Below, one piece after another: positions 42,716 through 64,000 of a DNA stretch of 64,000 nucleotides. Both the position numbers and the translations under genes were made by a program. Source of the DNA: Tubulanus polymorphus (taxonomy: Eukaryota; Animalia; Nemertea); assembly GCF_964204645.1 (NCBI RefSeq), contig NC_134025.1:27508299-27572298 (forward strand), written 5' to 3'. The notes beneath the pieces were generated by a model, which had not been told where the DNA came from, ran no database searches, and saw nothing but the letters and a program-made list of their open reading frames with translations. Every line of letters starts with the position of its first letter. The first letter of the stretch is position 1.

Positions 42716-43638
42716 GTTTATTATACCGTGAGTTATGGTAGTGGTCATCGTCAGAACATTCTTTATTTTACATAAACTTCTGTGCATCTCAAATACTTGT
42801 GGACAATGTTAACCTTTCAAACTTGACAATATAAGCTACGTAGTTAGAACTAGTCGTCTCCTGTTGTTCCTGTAAGTTATAGCAGAATGATACATTTTCA
42901 TTATCGGTTGTCACAGTACTGTGAATTATATCACCTGTGTTAGCGCCAATCTTTAAAGGGGAAAAGAGGTTCAGAAATGATTGGTTACAGTATTTGGTAC
43001 TAGCTGTTGAAAAACATTGTTTATATGGTTTCTGGTATGATTGTGATCAGGTAATGATGTTGAAAAAATTGTAGTTGTGAGAGATGATCGAATAAATTAA
43101 TACTTAAGTTTGGCATATTCCGAGCATATATTAGTTCTCTGTTCTATTTGTAGATGGTAGCACCATCAGTTGCATAGCAGATTTTAGATATATATTTGAA
43201 ATGATAAGAAGATTGAGTCATCCCTTTAGATTTTTACATAGGCTTATTGAGAAGTTTTTCATCGAGTTTGTGAGGATTGCCAGTCTGATGTTAGTAAATC
43301 AGACTCATCGCTCAGAATCTTCTTCGCCACATAATTGTAATAACAGTTGCCTAGGTGATGCGTGTTGCATTAGGATTACTAGTGTCTCAGTGTGAATAGC
43401 TAATGCGACAGTCGGGCTCTATTCACTGCGCTGAGTACTGCCAGATGCATTATGAAGATTTTATGTGGACTCTGACATTTGACAAAGAAAAACATTGAAA
43501 AATAAACTTTAGACGTATAGAACTTAAGGATTTACATGAGTGGAAGTGTTTGTTTAAAAGATCACGACTAGTAATCATCTACTCGAGAAACTCCATATTT
43601 CTACCGGTTTAGTTCGTCAAGAATTTCAATCTATAGTA

Positions 43639-46705
<3,067 letters not shown>

Positions 46706-47083
46706 TTCAGCGTTTTGACTTAATTTGCAAGCATTAGATATTTTATTACATGTAATACGTAATTCTCATTTCTTTCCACTCCAACTCCTTGCAAGCAAAA
46801 CTGGCTCATTTTATTAAGAAATTTGTAAAATTTGACACATGCTGTATCAGTGTAATCTGTTTTTGTTTACTGAAAAATAAAAAAGTATAAATATTTTTTG
46901 CATTAAACCTTGAAAATCAGTTGTTTAAGTCATTTTTGGAAAATATTAGCAATAGCAATGCTTCTTTCAATCTGGACGTTGGTATACGAGGTGGTCGCAA
47001 TGGATAAGATATAATATAAGTCACCGTTTTCAAAGTTCGAGGAAAACAAAATTAATCTCGAATATTGGTACGGAATTATATCG

Positions 47084-47124
47084 GGATTCGAACCCACTTG
47101 ACTAGTGATGCATTTACCGCCAAA
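47084..47124 (+). promoter_or_regulatory. MCM5 promoter: solo B-box plus E2F-like site
   Basis: GGATTCGAACCCACT at 47084-47098, then TTTACCGCCAAA (TTTGGCGG on the minus strand, E2F-like) just before the ATG at 47148. Confidence 0.55.
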
Positions 47125-47147
47125 TCTAATGACAACAATCTCCCATC

Positions 47148-50921
<3,774 letters not shown>

Positions 50922-51127
50922 TTATTTATCGATACTGCAGGATTCGGTTAGGATTTTTTGAGATCTTTTCTACTTAAAACTGTTACCAATTATTGTGTTC
51001 AGAAGTTTTTGTACTTGAAGTGCTAAATTTGAATAATCAGGTAAATAAAATTTAATAAGGTCAGAAGAAATTGATTCTATTCATCTACTTAATACCGATG
51101 AACGTGATAGAGGATTTGTTTGTGTTA

Positions 51128-51283
51128 CGGTGGAACCTTTTGTTATAACGTCCTCAGATGTTACCATTTATCTGTTAATTACAAACCTAGAATTTTGTCC
51201 CAAATAGGAGTCAAATATTTCATACTGGTTATAACGAACATATATTCTGGTCCCCTGAAGTTTGTCGTAGTGAAATTCCACTG
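51128..51283. mobile_element. Tc1/mariner (pogo/Tigger-like) MITE
   Basis: TA|CGGTGGAACC ... GAAATTCCACTG|TA with internal GTTATAACG repeats, between the convergent MCM5 and SLC46 3' ends. Confidence 0.6.
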
Positions 51284-51819
51284 TATCCCTAAGCAACAAA
51301 TAGTTAATAGAATAAGTTCTTATATTTTAAAAATTAATGGATTTATTTCGTAAAACATGAGATAAAAATAATCAAATAACAATTATTTAATCGTATAATG
51401 CAAGCATTGATACAAACGTTATATCAGAAAATTGAAAGATACCTTCTTTAATACTGATATCAATCTCCCCTCCCCCTATAAACTACTAATCAGTTCACAC
51501 GATTTTCAAATTGATGTAATAAATTTTACTGGTTTATCACATTTATACAAATGATTGATTGTTCAGCAAACCTGCTGAAATCGGCTCAGTTTAATCGGAC
51601 TTGATATCTGGATGTTATTCATAGTCCACCTATACATAAATAGATGTAAATTACAATGTTTAGTACGGATTCCTCATGAAGCGGATAAGTTCCAATTGAT
51701 CTGAATTAAGCGATTCTACAGCATGATTAAAAGTTAACATCTGTGAGCTCTACTTCCGATACTACCGGTAGATAAAAACACTGCTAGCTGAAAACTATTA
51801 TTTGAGACAGTATTTCAAT

Positions 51820-53953
51820 CTATATGTTCTGAGTTTCGGCTGATGACATTTCAGTCTCTGTTCTACTTAAAATTGATGATGTATGAACAGAATAAGAAAA
51901 TGAAGCTTGATTTGCATTCGCTACTGGTTCCTCTGAAATTAAAATGATTTAATGATTGGAATGGAATTTCACTGGTTATAGAACTCTTTATCACTGTAGA
52001 AACCAACCATAAAGTATGTTATATGTAAACAGCAAAGGCTGAAGTGAGGAAATGTGTTAGTAGTAAAAGGGACATGTTTTCATTAATATGACTAAATATG
52101 CATATGTACAAAAATTCATAAAGACTAGTCTAATTTTTTATATGTATTATTCTAGATATCTGAATATTCATAATTACTTTATGGATGGCACCTTCCTTCA
52201 TCAGGAAGGTTCAGCCTGTAAATCACCTGTGTTCTCAAATAATGAATATCTGTCTTCTTGCTTGATAAACTTGTGCACAAAACTGAAGAATAAGAAGAAA
52301 ACAATAACTCACTGGAACAAGTCTTTCATTCATATACTCGAGCAACTCGGTTAAATTACCCAATGATTATAATCGGAATGATCATCATGGCAGCTGCCAA
52401 AATGAAACAAAATCCCGGGTAAAAACTGATCGTGGCCGGGTAGAGGTTGTTGAATATGACTGACGCTAATAGAGTAATTAAACTCTCTCCAGAAGCAACG
52501 AACGCAAACATCTTGCCTAAAAACAGATAAATGTAGTAATGATCGGAACTGAATAAGAATTTGATAGGAATTAAAATTATATTGGTTCGCCGAATTGTTA
52601 TGTTACCCGTTTCATCCTTGTCAACAAATTTTGATAATAGAGCTCGGCATCCAGCAGCACCAAATCCTTGAAACATCCCGATAACAGGAACTGAATATAG
52701 ACAAACAAATCGTAATTTTCTCGAAGTGCTCTAAAGTATTCAATTATACGTTACATTGACCACTAAATACAAACCCAGGAAGACTAGCCACTTTACCATG
52801 CTAACAGCAAGTACAATCAGGGCAATACCTCTTGCCGAGAAACCAATGATGATCAGTATTGTATCCCACAATAACAAATAGTGTTTAAACAATGGGAGAA
52901 TCACAATCAAACCAATACCAGACATCGCGTTAGTAAAACCCAGATAATAACCATACTCTGTCTGAGTAAAATTCCTCGGTGCATGACGTAGGTATAGATA
53001 TGCTAAGTCATTGTGCGCTGAAATTTAAAATTGACGGAGTAAATAATTAATTTTCATAGTGTAGGTTAACTTAGTTTAACTTTTGCATCGAAAACCTCAC
53101 CAGAAAATGCAAAGAATCCACCGAGAAATGCTCCAAATGTCAGTAACAGGTTTCGTCTTAAGTGACCGTCTCGAGGTCGAAATAAACATATTGCCGATTC
53201 TTTAAAATGGGTAAGATTAAAAAGATGGCGACATAGATTGGTATTCTGCTCGACAATTTGATCGGCCGGATGGACGTCATCTATCCACAATAGCGTGTAT
53301 ACTATCAGAATAAAATGACACACGATCATAATGACGAATACGTATTGAAAGCCCAGATGATCGAGAAGCACCCCACTCAGCGAAAGACCGATCGTTCCAC
53401 CGAGAAATGACATGGATTCGAGAACAGCGACGCGAATCGTACGATTCGATTCGCTAGTAATGTTTGACATGTAACTAAACACGCTCAGTATACACGTAAC
53501 GAAACCACCGGCGATTCCGTTCAGGAATGGACTCAGCAGAATCAGCGGTAATGGAAGTTTAGGAAACATCGAATTCAGCACGTAGTTTACCAGTCCGAAT
53601 ACGGCTCCGATCGACGGTAAAATGATCGGAATTTTGCGGCCGATTTTATCACTCCAGGAACCGATGAAAGCAGCAGATATAATTGATGGAAGCGTCAGAC
53701 AGATATTCGTGTACAGAATCCAATGCGATGTTTCCGATTGTACATATTTTTCCTCTGATTCGTATTCATTCAGATTGTCGCATATTTCTGAACTGTCATA
53801 TTTCAAGAGACAGGTTTTCTTGTAGAGTAACGCCTGTAACGCCGGATATTGCATCCATACCGCGATCATATACAGAAACAGAACCGGTTCTACTGTAACC
53901 TTGCGTAAATAACCGACACATGATGTGAATCTTGCAGATGAAACTGAAGGCAT
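51820..53953 (-). CDS. SLC46 family MFS transporter (proton-coupled folate transporter-like)
   Basis: TVEPVLFLY, GSWSDKIGRK, FSYMSNIT..NRTIR, RALLSKFVDKDETGKMFA and FNNLYPAT; the last exon is uncertain. Confidence 0.87.
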
Positions 53954-54557
53954 ATCTATACTTGACCTGAAATATGAAAACTTTTTCTGTCAAAAACTCA
54001 GACTGAAGTCCAACCCTGATATAATGTTGCAACAACAGACATAATATTTTCACTCTGCTAGTTTTTTTTTCAATTAACGAACGACCCAAATTTAGATAAA
54101 ATATGATATCTTACCTAAATTTAGTAATATTTCGAGATAAAAAAATGAAAATTCTGAAAATAAAATCCAACTAAAATTGTTTCCTGGTTTCTCCACATAA
54201 CCTTCATGACCAATTCAAACCAATTCAAGGATTTATTGCTTCGAATTAATTACAAGTAATAGCAAAAAATATACCGAGAACGGACCGCCGACAAAAGTAA
54301 CATTATGAGAGATATACAAATGGAAATGTAGTTGTTTTTGACTTACAGTAATTAATTAATTAATCTATCAACATGGGGTTCGATGATTGGCTGAACAAGC
54401 TGCCACGCCCCGCTAAATTTAAAATCGGTTTTGACAACGCAATGTGCTCTGTTGATTCGAGCTATGGCATTTTCATCACTTAAAAAACATTATTGTTAGA
54501 ATTTAAAAGTGTTAGAAAATATAAAGATCTCCCAACTCATGGAAATAAATCCCATGA

Positions 54558-56142
54558 TTAGCTATTATAAGATACATTTGACACTGGTAGAAATAAAGGT
54601 AATATTCTGCTGAACATGAACTTATTAAACCAACGATTCGTTATAATCCTGGAATTAATGAACGGGTAGTAAAGTTCTTCAATCCGATTTGAACCTGCCG
54701 TCACTATAGCTCGTGATACATCAACGGGATTCTCAAGAGGAAACCACTTCATCGCTCTTGTCGTGTTGAATTTATCCATTGCCGTATTTAACATATCTGT
54801 TTCTGAACAACAACAAAAAGGAAACCCATTTTACCTCGAAGTTTACAAGAATATATTTGGGCTTTATAGATAAAATGTATACCCACCAACTCCACCGATG
54901 ATACATAGGGTAACTGACGTACGAACTCTGGTGAACTGGAATTGTATTCGAAGACTGGTAAAAAATCCATCCAGAGCAAACTTGGCTGCGGCGTAACTGT
55001 GTTGGAAAGGCGTGCCGATTTTCCCTGCAAGAGATACAATGTATTAATTCTACCCAGAAAGATACATTCGATAAAAAGAAATAAAAAAGATAGAATGTAG
55101 AAATGTACTCGGCGTTAAGGCGTTAAAATTATACAAAGTAATGAGAATATAACATCACCCAGCCCGCACCATGCCAAAAAAACTCACCAGCCACAGATGA
55201 AACCACAATGATGCGGCCTTCGTTTTTCGTAAGAAGCTTCAAAGCGTGAGAAGTAAGGTGTACGTAGCTTTTAAAATTCACGTCGATATATTCATCGAGC
55301 GTGGTTAGATTGGTCCTACTACCAGACCAGAATCCGAACTCTATCGGCGCTACATGATTTATTACTAAAACATCAATGGCACCCAAAATTATTTCCGTTT
55401 GCTGAAATAAAATGATTTCACATTGTTAGCGTAGTTCATTCGATAAGCAATAAGCACGTATACCGAGTATATACTTCGTCTTTAGATAATTACCTCAATC
55501 AAAAGTAAAGTATTTTCCATTTTGGACAAGTCAGTCGCTAAATAGGATACTGTTGCATTGTTGGGAGACAATTCTTTACAATGTTTAGCGACCTGGTAGA
55601 TATAACTATATAATCTGAATATAACCGTTTGTTTCGACCAAACTGCAGAAGAAATTTCTACAATTAACTTACCTTCTGTAACAGGTGCCCTCTCCTTGCC
55701 GCTAACATAATAGATGATCCTAATTTTGCATATCTATAGGCTAACTGTTCACCAATACCAGAAGATGATCCGGTTATCAATACTCGTTTGCCAAACATTT
55801 CATCATCTATTAAAATCGCCATGCATTCTTCTGTACATTATGTCATCATTTCAGATGAATCAATAATAATAATAATAATAATAATAATATAATATATTTA
55901 ATAATATATTCATTTACAGTCCGTTACATAAAAATATCTCAACAGACAATCAAGTTAAACAATGGACTATTCGATCTTTTAAGAAAGAGTTTTTGAAATT
56001 AGAAATGAGCTTCCCACCTGAAGGCGCAAAAATGCAAAAACCCACCTGTTTCATTTTCGGAACATATGTAACTTATCATGAAAGCAACGAAACCAATTCC
56101 AACTGTCACCCATAATACAGAAAATGGTCTGTTGGCAAACAT
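54558..56142 (-). CDS. Hydroxysteroid 11-beta-dehydrogenase 1-like short-chain dehydrogenase, multi-exon
   Basis: N-terminal TM anchor, GKRVLITGSSSGIGEQLAYRYAKLG, DVLVINH, VNFKSYV, IVVSSVAGK and catalytic YAAAKFALDGFF. Confidence 0.87.
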
Positions 56143-58390
56143 CTTAGAATATTCTCTTACCCCCGAGGATTTCAGATATTTATACAAAAACCGACCCACT
56201 TCATTAGAAAGTTAAAAGTCTGAAAGGGAAATTTAGGTCTATCACTTTCCGAGAAAAGTGTTTAAAGCATGCAATGACAGTTTCTTGGAATCTTTTTTTC
56301 TTCTTTTTTCATCAGGTTTCTCTCGTTTGCATTCAACGAAGGCGTACGTATTTCGGCGGACTCGTTAATACGAGCATTTATTTCAGATCTAAATGTCATT
56401 TGCCAGAATACTGGTTATAAATATAATGGCCTCGAGCGTCTTTGTTATCAAACATTATAATTTGGGACATTGTATGATTTGCGTATAATAAAACACCATC
56501 AGTGACAAAATCCCGCAGTTGGATGGCTATGCCCCTGGTTACCTACATGAAAATATCGACAAATCACAACCAAATAACCAAAGCATCATGTGCCAACTTC
56601 GCTTTGAGTTTGCCAGAGAAAATTAATCCATTAATTTCTAAGTCAAATTTCAAAACTCAGAACAATATGGACGTGTCCTTGTCAAATCCTTCACTTGGGC
56701 TTCATCATTTCATCTCTCTATATACCGCACCTACATTTACTCCCACACCATTAAGCAAATGAAACCTCCATCAGAAGAACATGAAATAAAACATAAATTT
56801 ACTATAGAGAATTTATTTAACCTTTGACTCTACTAGAACAATAACATCGTCTATATAACACATGACAATATCAAAAATCTAACGCCTATCTGGGGACACT
56901 GAATGCATTATTATATAAAGTGACTAAAATCACAGTCAAACTTTTACCTGATGTACAATGTACAAATATAATGTATTTTGACTCTAATCATTTATTTGAT
57001 ATCTAATTAACGATCAACAGAGGAAAAATTGAGGCAGGATCTTATTTAAGAGGGAGATCAAGAGACGCACTACAGTGATGAATAGACAGCTGTAAAATTG
57101 GTAGAATTCCGATTAACAAATGAATTCGATGTAAAGTTTTTGATATCTGATACCTGACAAACACGTTATCCTTAAAAGGAAACACATAATAAACAAAGTA
57201 CTATTTATAATAGAATAAAGAAATGTTTATACAGCAGACTCCTTTTTACTTGGTACCATGAATCACTTTGGTAAACCAACTTTCTCATGAATTCCCTACG
57301 ATGAAATTCTTATCTTGTCCAACTTTAAGATTTTAATGATAAAAATTTCTTTTTCGGGAGGAGTCTACTGTACATGCAACAACACAAATATGGCACATTG
57401 AATAAAGCAGATAAGAAATCCTGTGGAAGCTATTATTACTTTTTACACATAGGGTGGGATCACAATCTAATTCTTTTTTATACACATTACTCAGTCTTCT
57501 TAAAGCTGTTCAACCGTGTTTATAGAACGCCAACATAGTAAGCGTTACAGAGGTAGAGTTTTACAAACAAACGAAATGAAATGCAATGAAACATGGTCAG
57601 AGAATCTCTCGTCAATACAAAAGGTATGCAAGGTTTAATTTGATTAACTTTAAGTAACCGTGGTCATATGAAGCAAAGGGAAGAAGACTAGGTTTTGACT
57701 CTTGTCACGTGTAGATATGATTTACTAGCAACGTTAAACATATAAATGAATAGGAAATTGTATTAAATAAGGCATAAATAAAGAAGTAAGAGACATTTTG
57801 AACTGTTCTAATAACTTCACAAATTGTTCATCCTTTAATGGGCTTGAACATTTTTGCCAACATTAAAGTAATACCAACAATAAATCTAAATCTCATAATC
57901 AAATTTTAAAGCTCTTAATAAGATAACAATATCATCTTCAAAAACGAAGATTACTTCCACAAACTATGGATATGATTGTAAAATAATACAGTAAATGTAA
58001 TTAGGTTTAGTAGCCGGGAGTTTTGGTAAGGGCATTAGCGTAACTATCAACAAGCTCATTCCTACTCTGAATTATTCATCATTACAGACCAATTTCGTTA
58101 TGTAATCACCAAAGAACATATCCGATACAATAACAATAATAATTCAAGTCATATTTCTATAAAGCCGCGGAGCATCTATAACTATGTGCTTCTAGTTTAA
58201 GTACTGGTATATTCAGCCATCTACTAGCGGGATTAATACATAGTATCAGGCTTTACTATTCTGGGATAGCATTTACCTAGAAATAGAAACATTATCATTA
58301 ACCATTGCAAGGACAATTTGTTAAAGATTTATGAATTTCATTTCTTTTTGAATATGTCTCCGCAATTAAGATGTATTAATACTGCTATTC

Positions 58391-61367
<2,977 letters not shown>

Positions 61368-61949
61368 TTTCACTCTATGTGTACTTGAACCTGAAAATCA
61401 ATGTTTAACAATAATGTGGTAAAACAATCATCGACTTAAAGTTGTATAGCAGACTAGTCTTAATTCAAGACGTTGTTACGGCCCCCTCCAACAGTTTGGG
61501 AACAACAAACGGCTAGTTTGAGATCTATTTATTATGCCAAGTGCTGTCAGTCAGTGCTTCTCGATGACGATGATTATATTCGTCATCACAATGTCTTGAT
61601 TAAAAGACAGAGCCTGGCAGAAGAGACAGATTCAAGCACAGCAGTAATAATACACAGCATCCCAGACGTGCGTGGTGAAACTAGGTCAGGTGGGTACGGT
61701 TGTTGCAGTCGATGACTCGATATCGCGAATTCACACTTCTCAGCGGTATTTCAGAAAAAAACCAAACCAATTATGAAACGAATAGATTTCAAAAACATTT
61801 CCTCAGTGTATTCTAGATGTACTTTACCTCGACTAAGCAGAAATTCTCTATTTGAACAAGAAAATGACCTTAGGATGCCTTTCAAATGAACTAATCTGAC
61901 AGTTCATGTATAACGTGGAGCCGCTTCTTTGCCACCGTAAATACTCGAT

Positions 61950-61964
61950 AGTAGGTTCGAATCC
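61950..61964 (+). promoter_or_regulatory. Solo B-box between the kanadaptin poly(A) signal and the LDH 5' end
   Basis: AGTAGGTTCGAATCC, which reads GGATTCGAACCTACT on the LDH sense strand. Confidence 0.55.
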
Positions 61965-62147
61965 CAGAATTAACAAACTCTCAGTAAATACGCATTATTA
62001 TCGGAAAATCATTTATTCATATTCACACTAAAAGTTATAACATTGTGAAATCATAATCAAATCATTGAAAACATGATTCAGTCAGTATCTTTCCATTCCA
62101 TAAATACATATCCCAGCAGCTGTAGCACACCTCAGCTGGACGAGACC

Positions 62148-63928
62148 TCAGTAACCATACTTCTCATTGAGTTTCGTTTTCCCATCTCCCGTTTGATCTA
62201 AATGACATATCGAGTAATATAGTTTTTATATTATATCATTGACGAACAGTATAAATAATCCCAATTGGTTTTACAGTGAATACTTACCGGCTGGTGGCAT
62301 CCATACTGCGTAGTTAGGATCATCTGTTTCGGTATACTCTTTCATCTTTTTCACCTGAAAAAACGAACAAGCACAAAATATAATTACATCCGGACACATT
62401 TTCACATTTAGAAATTACGGGTCGTATTTTCTTTACCTTTGAAACAAGTTTATCCGATTTTCGTTTAATTGGAAATGATTTCACTTCAGCAGATTTATCC
62501 AATTTCGATGGATTTTCAGTTCTTTGACATTTATCCGATTTAACTTCCTTACTATTGACTTTAGAATCCGTTTCAGTTTGTGATAATTGAGAGCTATTTT
62601 CATTTTTAGTTTGCATTTTATCAATTTTGACCACTTTTTCCAGTTTATCCTCATTTGGTTTTATAAGACCGTAAGATTTCTCATTCACTGGCGAATTGTC
62701 TGTAGTCTTAATGTGATCCTTTGAATCCTCAACTGTGCTCTTTTTTTCTACAACTGCTGTTTCATTTTCATCGTCATCTTCTTCAACTTCTACTTCAGAA
62801 TGTTGAAATCCCTGTAAATGAGACATTTCGTATAAAAAGACCAATCAGGAATAAACTGTATAATATGCCACGAGTAGAATTTGGAATACACTTACTGGAT
62901 CTGATGTTTGTTGGACAGCAGGTTTTAAGACAGGACCTTTGATTTTACCAGTTAAGGGTAGAGTTCCTTTCTGTGCATCATTGGTTATGGCTGCCTTCTG
63001 TTCAAGTCTTTAAAACAAACATTTTAAATTAGTTTTTAACAAATATTACAGTCAAACTGGCTTTAGTTGTCATAAGAAAAGTCGTCACTATTTTTTTTTC
63101 CCAATTTGTATTTCCATTCAATTAACTAAGCAGAAGTTATCAACATAATGATCATCTCAACTACACATATGCAAGTTTGACTTTAGTAGCAAAATCCTCA
63201 TGAGAAGCTTACTTCATAATAGCCGGTAATGAAGCTGGCTTCGCAATATTCGCCAATCTTCGTAGTTTTTGTTCTTGGTGTTTCAATTCGAAAAGTTGAC
63301 TTTTTAATTTCATACGAGTTCTTTTATCCATAGCACCAGATTTCAGCGAGGACATGTAAGCGTCTAAGTCATCGACGTCGTCCGATTCCAGCGTAGCCTG
63401 CTTCGCGTTTTCAAGTTGCTTCGTGATTTCGACAATTTCAGTTTCAATCACTTTTAACTTTTCAACCTGTTAGAAAGAATTCAAGGTTAATCTAATATCT
63501 AATCCAATTTTCAATCCAATTTTCATACTAAATGAAATTTACCAATGAATCGTATGTTTCAACTGTATCGCTATCTTTTCCAGCTTTTTTCATGCGTTCA
63601 AGTCGTTTCTGTTCAATGACACCGGTTCGATCTAAAAACGTATCATCGTCGCTGTCATAGAAATCATCGTCCTCCCAATTCTTCTTCTTTCTCTTCTTAC
63701 TCTCTAAAACCAATCACCATAAGAGAGTCGATTAGCAATCAACGAAATGCAAACTCAAAAATAAACTACAAGATCATTAACATACCATGACTAGATTTTC
63801 GAAGTTCTCCGAGTCGGTCTAGAATTCGCAATGCTTCCATCGCGCATGCAACAACAGCGTCTTTCTTTTTTCCGGATACGAGAGCTTCAGCTACCATCGG
63901 ATGACCAGTTGACGTATCAACAGGCAAC
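62148..63928 (-). CDS. SLC4A1AP: Kanadaptin, 3' exons (gene continues beyond the window)
   Basis: SGKKKDAVVACAMEALRILD, NWEDDDFYDSDDDTFLDRTG, DDLDAYM, and C-terminal DPNYAVWMPP..QTGDGKTKLNEKYGY*. Confidence 0.92.
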
Positions 63929-64000
63929 CTGAACAACAACAGATCACATCGAAATTTAGAAACATTTCTCAAAACTCGCTCATCAAATATGTAGATACTT

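Larger units (their letters stand above)
38008..43336 (+). repeat. Tandem duplication of a ~1.98-kb GPCR-containing unit (38008-41357 including a TE; 41354-43336)
   Basis: Near-identical sequence in both units; the junction shares an AATT microhomology (38008-38011, 41354-41357, 43333-43336). Confidence 0.92.

Overview
AT-rich, gene-dense genomic DNA from an invertebrate animal, probably a lophotrochozoan-type bilaterian (inferred from short ~60-100 bp GT-AG introns and the gene set). In order: the first coding exon of a minus-strand secreted or membrane protein, tRNA-Glu(TTC), MRPS12, an SLC5A3/SMIT-like transporter, DNPH1, MOK kinase, WDR81, ANKEF1, an unnamed 102-aa gene, ZNRD2/SSSCA1, a tandem GPCR pair, a FAM89-like gene, MCM5, an SLC46/PCFT-like transporter, an HSD11B1L-like SDR, L-LDH and the 3' part of kanadaptin (SLC4A1AP). 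Two further intronless GPCRs are nested antisense in introns. Mobile DNA includes a Penelope-like fold-back insertion carrying a hammerhead ribozyme core, a composite IS3EU-like element, a 1.37-kb TIR element whose empty site survives in the sister duplicate, and small MITEs. The most striking unexplained signal is a set of solo Pol III B-boxes (GGATTCGAAC, extended to GGATTCGAACCYACT in three) in the same orientation at the Pol II promoters of MOK, WDR81, MCM5 and LDH. Other leads are a long-N-terminus MOK isoform, a 21-nt CxxC microexon in ANKEF1 and a possible decayed Mab-21/cGAS-like gene. All gene names come from motif recognition by eye; no database searches were run.
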